Shown here: positions 62,776-64,000 of the stretch, piece by piece
How the letters are laid out: every line of letters starts with the position of its first letter
Position numbering within the stretch: the first letter of the stretch is position 1
DNA from: Rhodosorus marinus CCMP1338
Lineage: Eukaryota; Plantae; Rhodophyta
Reading direction: 5' to 3'
Assembly: GCA_029953675.1 (NCBI GenBank)
Contig: JAMWBK010000007.1
Location: forward strand, 1,550,001-1,614,000
Length of the DNA: 64,000 nucleotides
Made by a program: the position numbers and the translations under genes
Notes under the pieces: generated by a model
Told to the model about the DNA's origin: nothing
The model's input: only the letters and a program-made list of their open reading frames with translations
Database searches by the model: none

Positions 62776-63650
62776 CCTTATAGTCGCTATTTCAACTCTG
62801 CCCCGGAGCAAACTGCTCAGAGAAGCACCGTGCCAGTGAAAAATGCTACAAAGATTACTCGCTTTGCGGAAACAACTCGGGTCGGACGGAATGGGTTTGG
62901 TATTGGTCGTCCGATGGCGCGAAAAGCCTCTACCCTCCTGTACACACTACCCGTGACGTAGTACTAATCCCGTTAAGAGTAAGCATTCTCGACTCTAAAG
63001 GAAACAGCGCGACCGATGAAAGTGATCTCCGAGCTCGCAGGCGCGCAGTTCAGAGCCCGGTACGAAGGCATTCGCAAAGAGGAAAAGAATTCTTTAACAA
63101 ACCCCTTCGAGGAGTAATTTTTTTTCCGATGGCCGGCTGTGTACAGGGACAAAGAACCAGTCTCGGAGCTGGTTCTAGAATCCCACATAGAGTAAACAGG
63201 AACAAAAACTGGCAGTATTTCCAAACCAGGATTGCCGTCAACGAAATAACAAGTCCTCTGACGATGAAGGTGCTCATTAAAGCGTCTGAAAACAGGAGCG
63301 CTGGAGTCTCTCCTGTTCCAAGGCAAAGCACACAAGTGAGGAGTACACAAACCATCGCAAACAGCCGCAATGCCATCGCCCAACTCGACCTGGGTAGTAC
63401 ACCTACCATAGTTAAGTTGCTGGGGAGACATCGGATCGTCATCACTCTCCCTGCAACTCGTTCTGCTCTTGCGCTCAAGTTAATGACCCTTTGTCTACCC
63501 ACGCTTGCGACTCTAGTAAACCTCAATGGTAGTGGGCGTCTGCGCAACTTTCAGCGCCACATCCCCGACGACATCGTTGGAACCGGATCTTTGAGCGTGT
63601 TGAGTTGTTTCTCTGAAAATGGGGGGGGGGATTTCTAGTGTTGTAGTTAG

Positions 63651-64000
63651 CTATTCGTTGTCCGTCTTTGTTGAAGAACCAGCTTTGAGTCGATAAGTCA
63701 ATTCGAGGTCTCCAGGATCACGCCAGACAAATTGCTTCACGGATCCGAGACTCATTGCCGGTTCGATTATACGTCCATTGCAGACAATTTCGACGTCCAC
63801 TTCAACAGGAGCTTGACCGAATGAATCGTCTTCCGGGAAAAGTTCCTTGACAAGGTAAGCAATGACCTGTTGTGACAAAGCATGGCTTGATTAGGAGAAG
63901 GGGCTACATAGGATTTCAAGCGAGGTACCAGTTTTGTTACCTTTCTGACTCTTAGGACACGAGGAGCAGAGAGTTTGCTGTGGCCTAGTCTCCGCATACC
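63651..64000 (-). CDS. WDR48: 3' end of WDR48/UAF1 (USP1-associated factor); partial, extends beyond the window
   Basis: KLSAPRVLRVRK|VIAYLVKEL...VEIVCNGRIIEPAMSLGSVKQFVWRDPGDLELTYR matches the UAF1 C-terminal SUMO-like domain. Confidence 0.85.

Noticed and set aside
21627-64000. Apparent DNA repair/replication gene cluster (MSH6, UNG, POLE4-like, WDR48)
   Set aside because: The genes are spread over more than 40 kb and interleaved with unrelated genes; consistent with normal gene density.

Overview
Gene-dense eukaryotic nuclear DNA with short GT-AG introns (mostly about 60-150 nt). The likely source is a red alga. This is inferred from nuclear plastid-protein genes (HLIP/OHP-like, HHL1-like, Tic22), the latter two with 'MFGFV'/'MSAFV' transit-peptide starts, and from the compact gene structure. 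Recognisable genes in order: HLIP/OHP-like 3' end, GT4 glycosyltransferase, tesmin/TSO1 (LIN54-like) CRC protein, CCT-like small protein, MULE/FAR1-like zinc-finger protein, metallothionein, BRK-like protein A, MSH6, gluconokinase, BRK-like protein B, HIG1-domain protein, HHL1-like, TFIIA large subunit, RVE8/CCA1-type SHAQKYF Myb, eIF3L, Tic22, MAP2K-like kinase, WDR54-like, UNG, H2A-like histone-fold protein and the 3' end of WDR48/UAF1. Several unidentified multi-exon ORFs are also present. No rRNA, tRNA, CRISPR or intact transposon was seen. The most unusual items are two paralogous stand-alone BRK-like proteins with long low-complexity tails, a regularly spaced TTCAGGGT array with a nearby 20-bp hairpin, a putative domesticated MULE DNA-binding domain and a prokaryote-type GT4. 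Exon boundaries were read by eye and are approximate. Family calls are from recalled motifs, not database searches.
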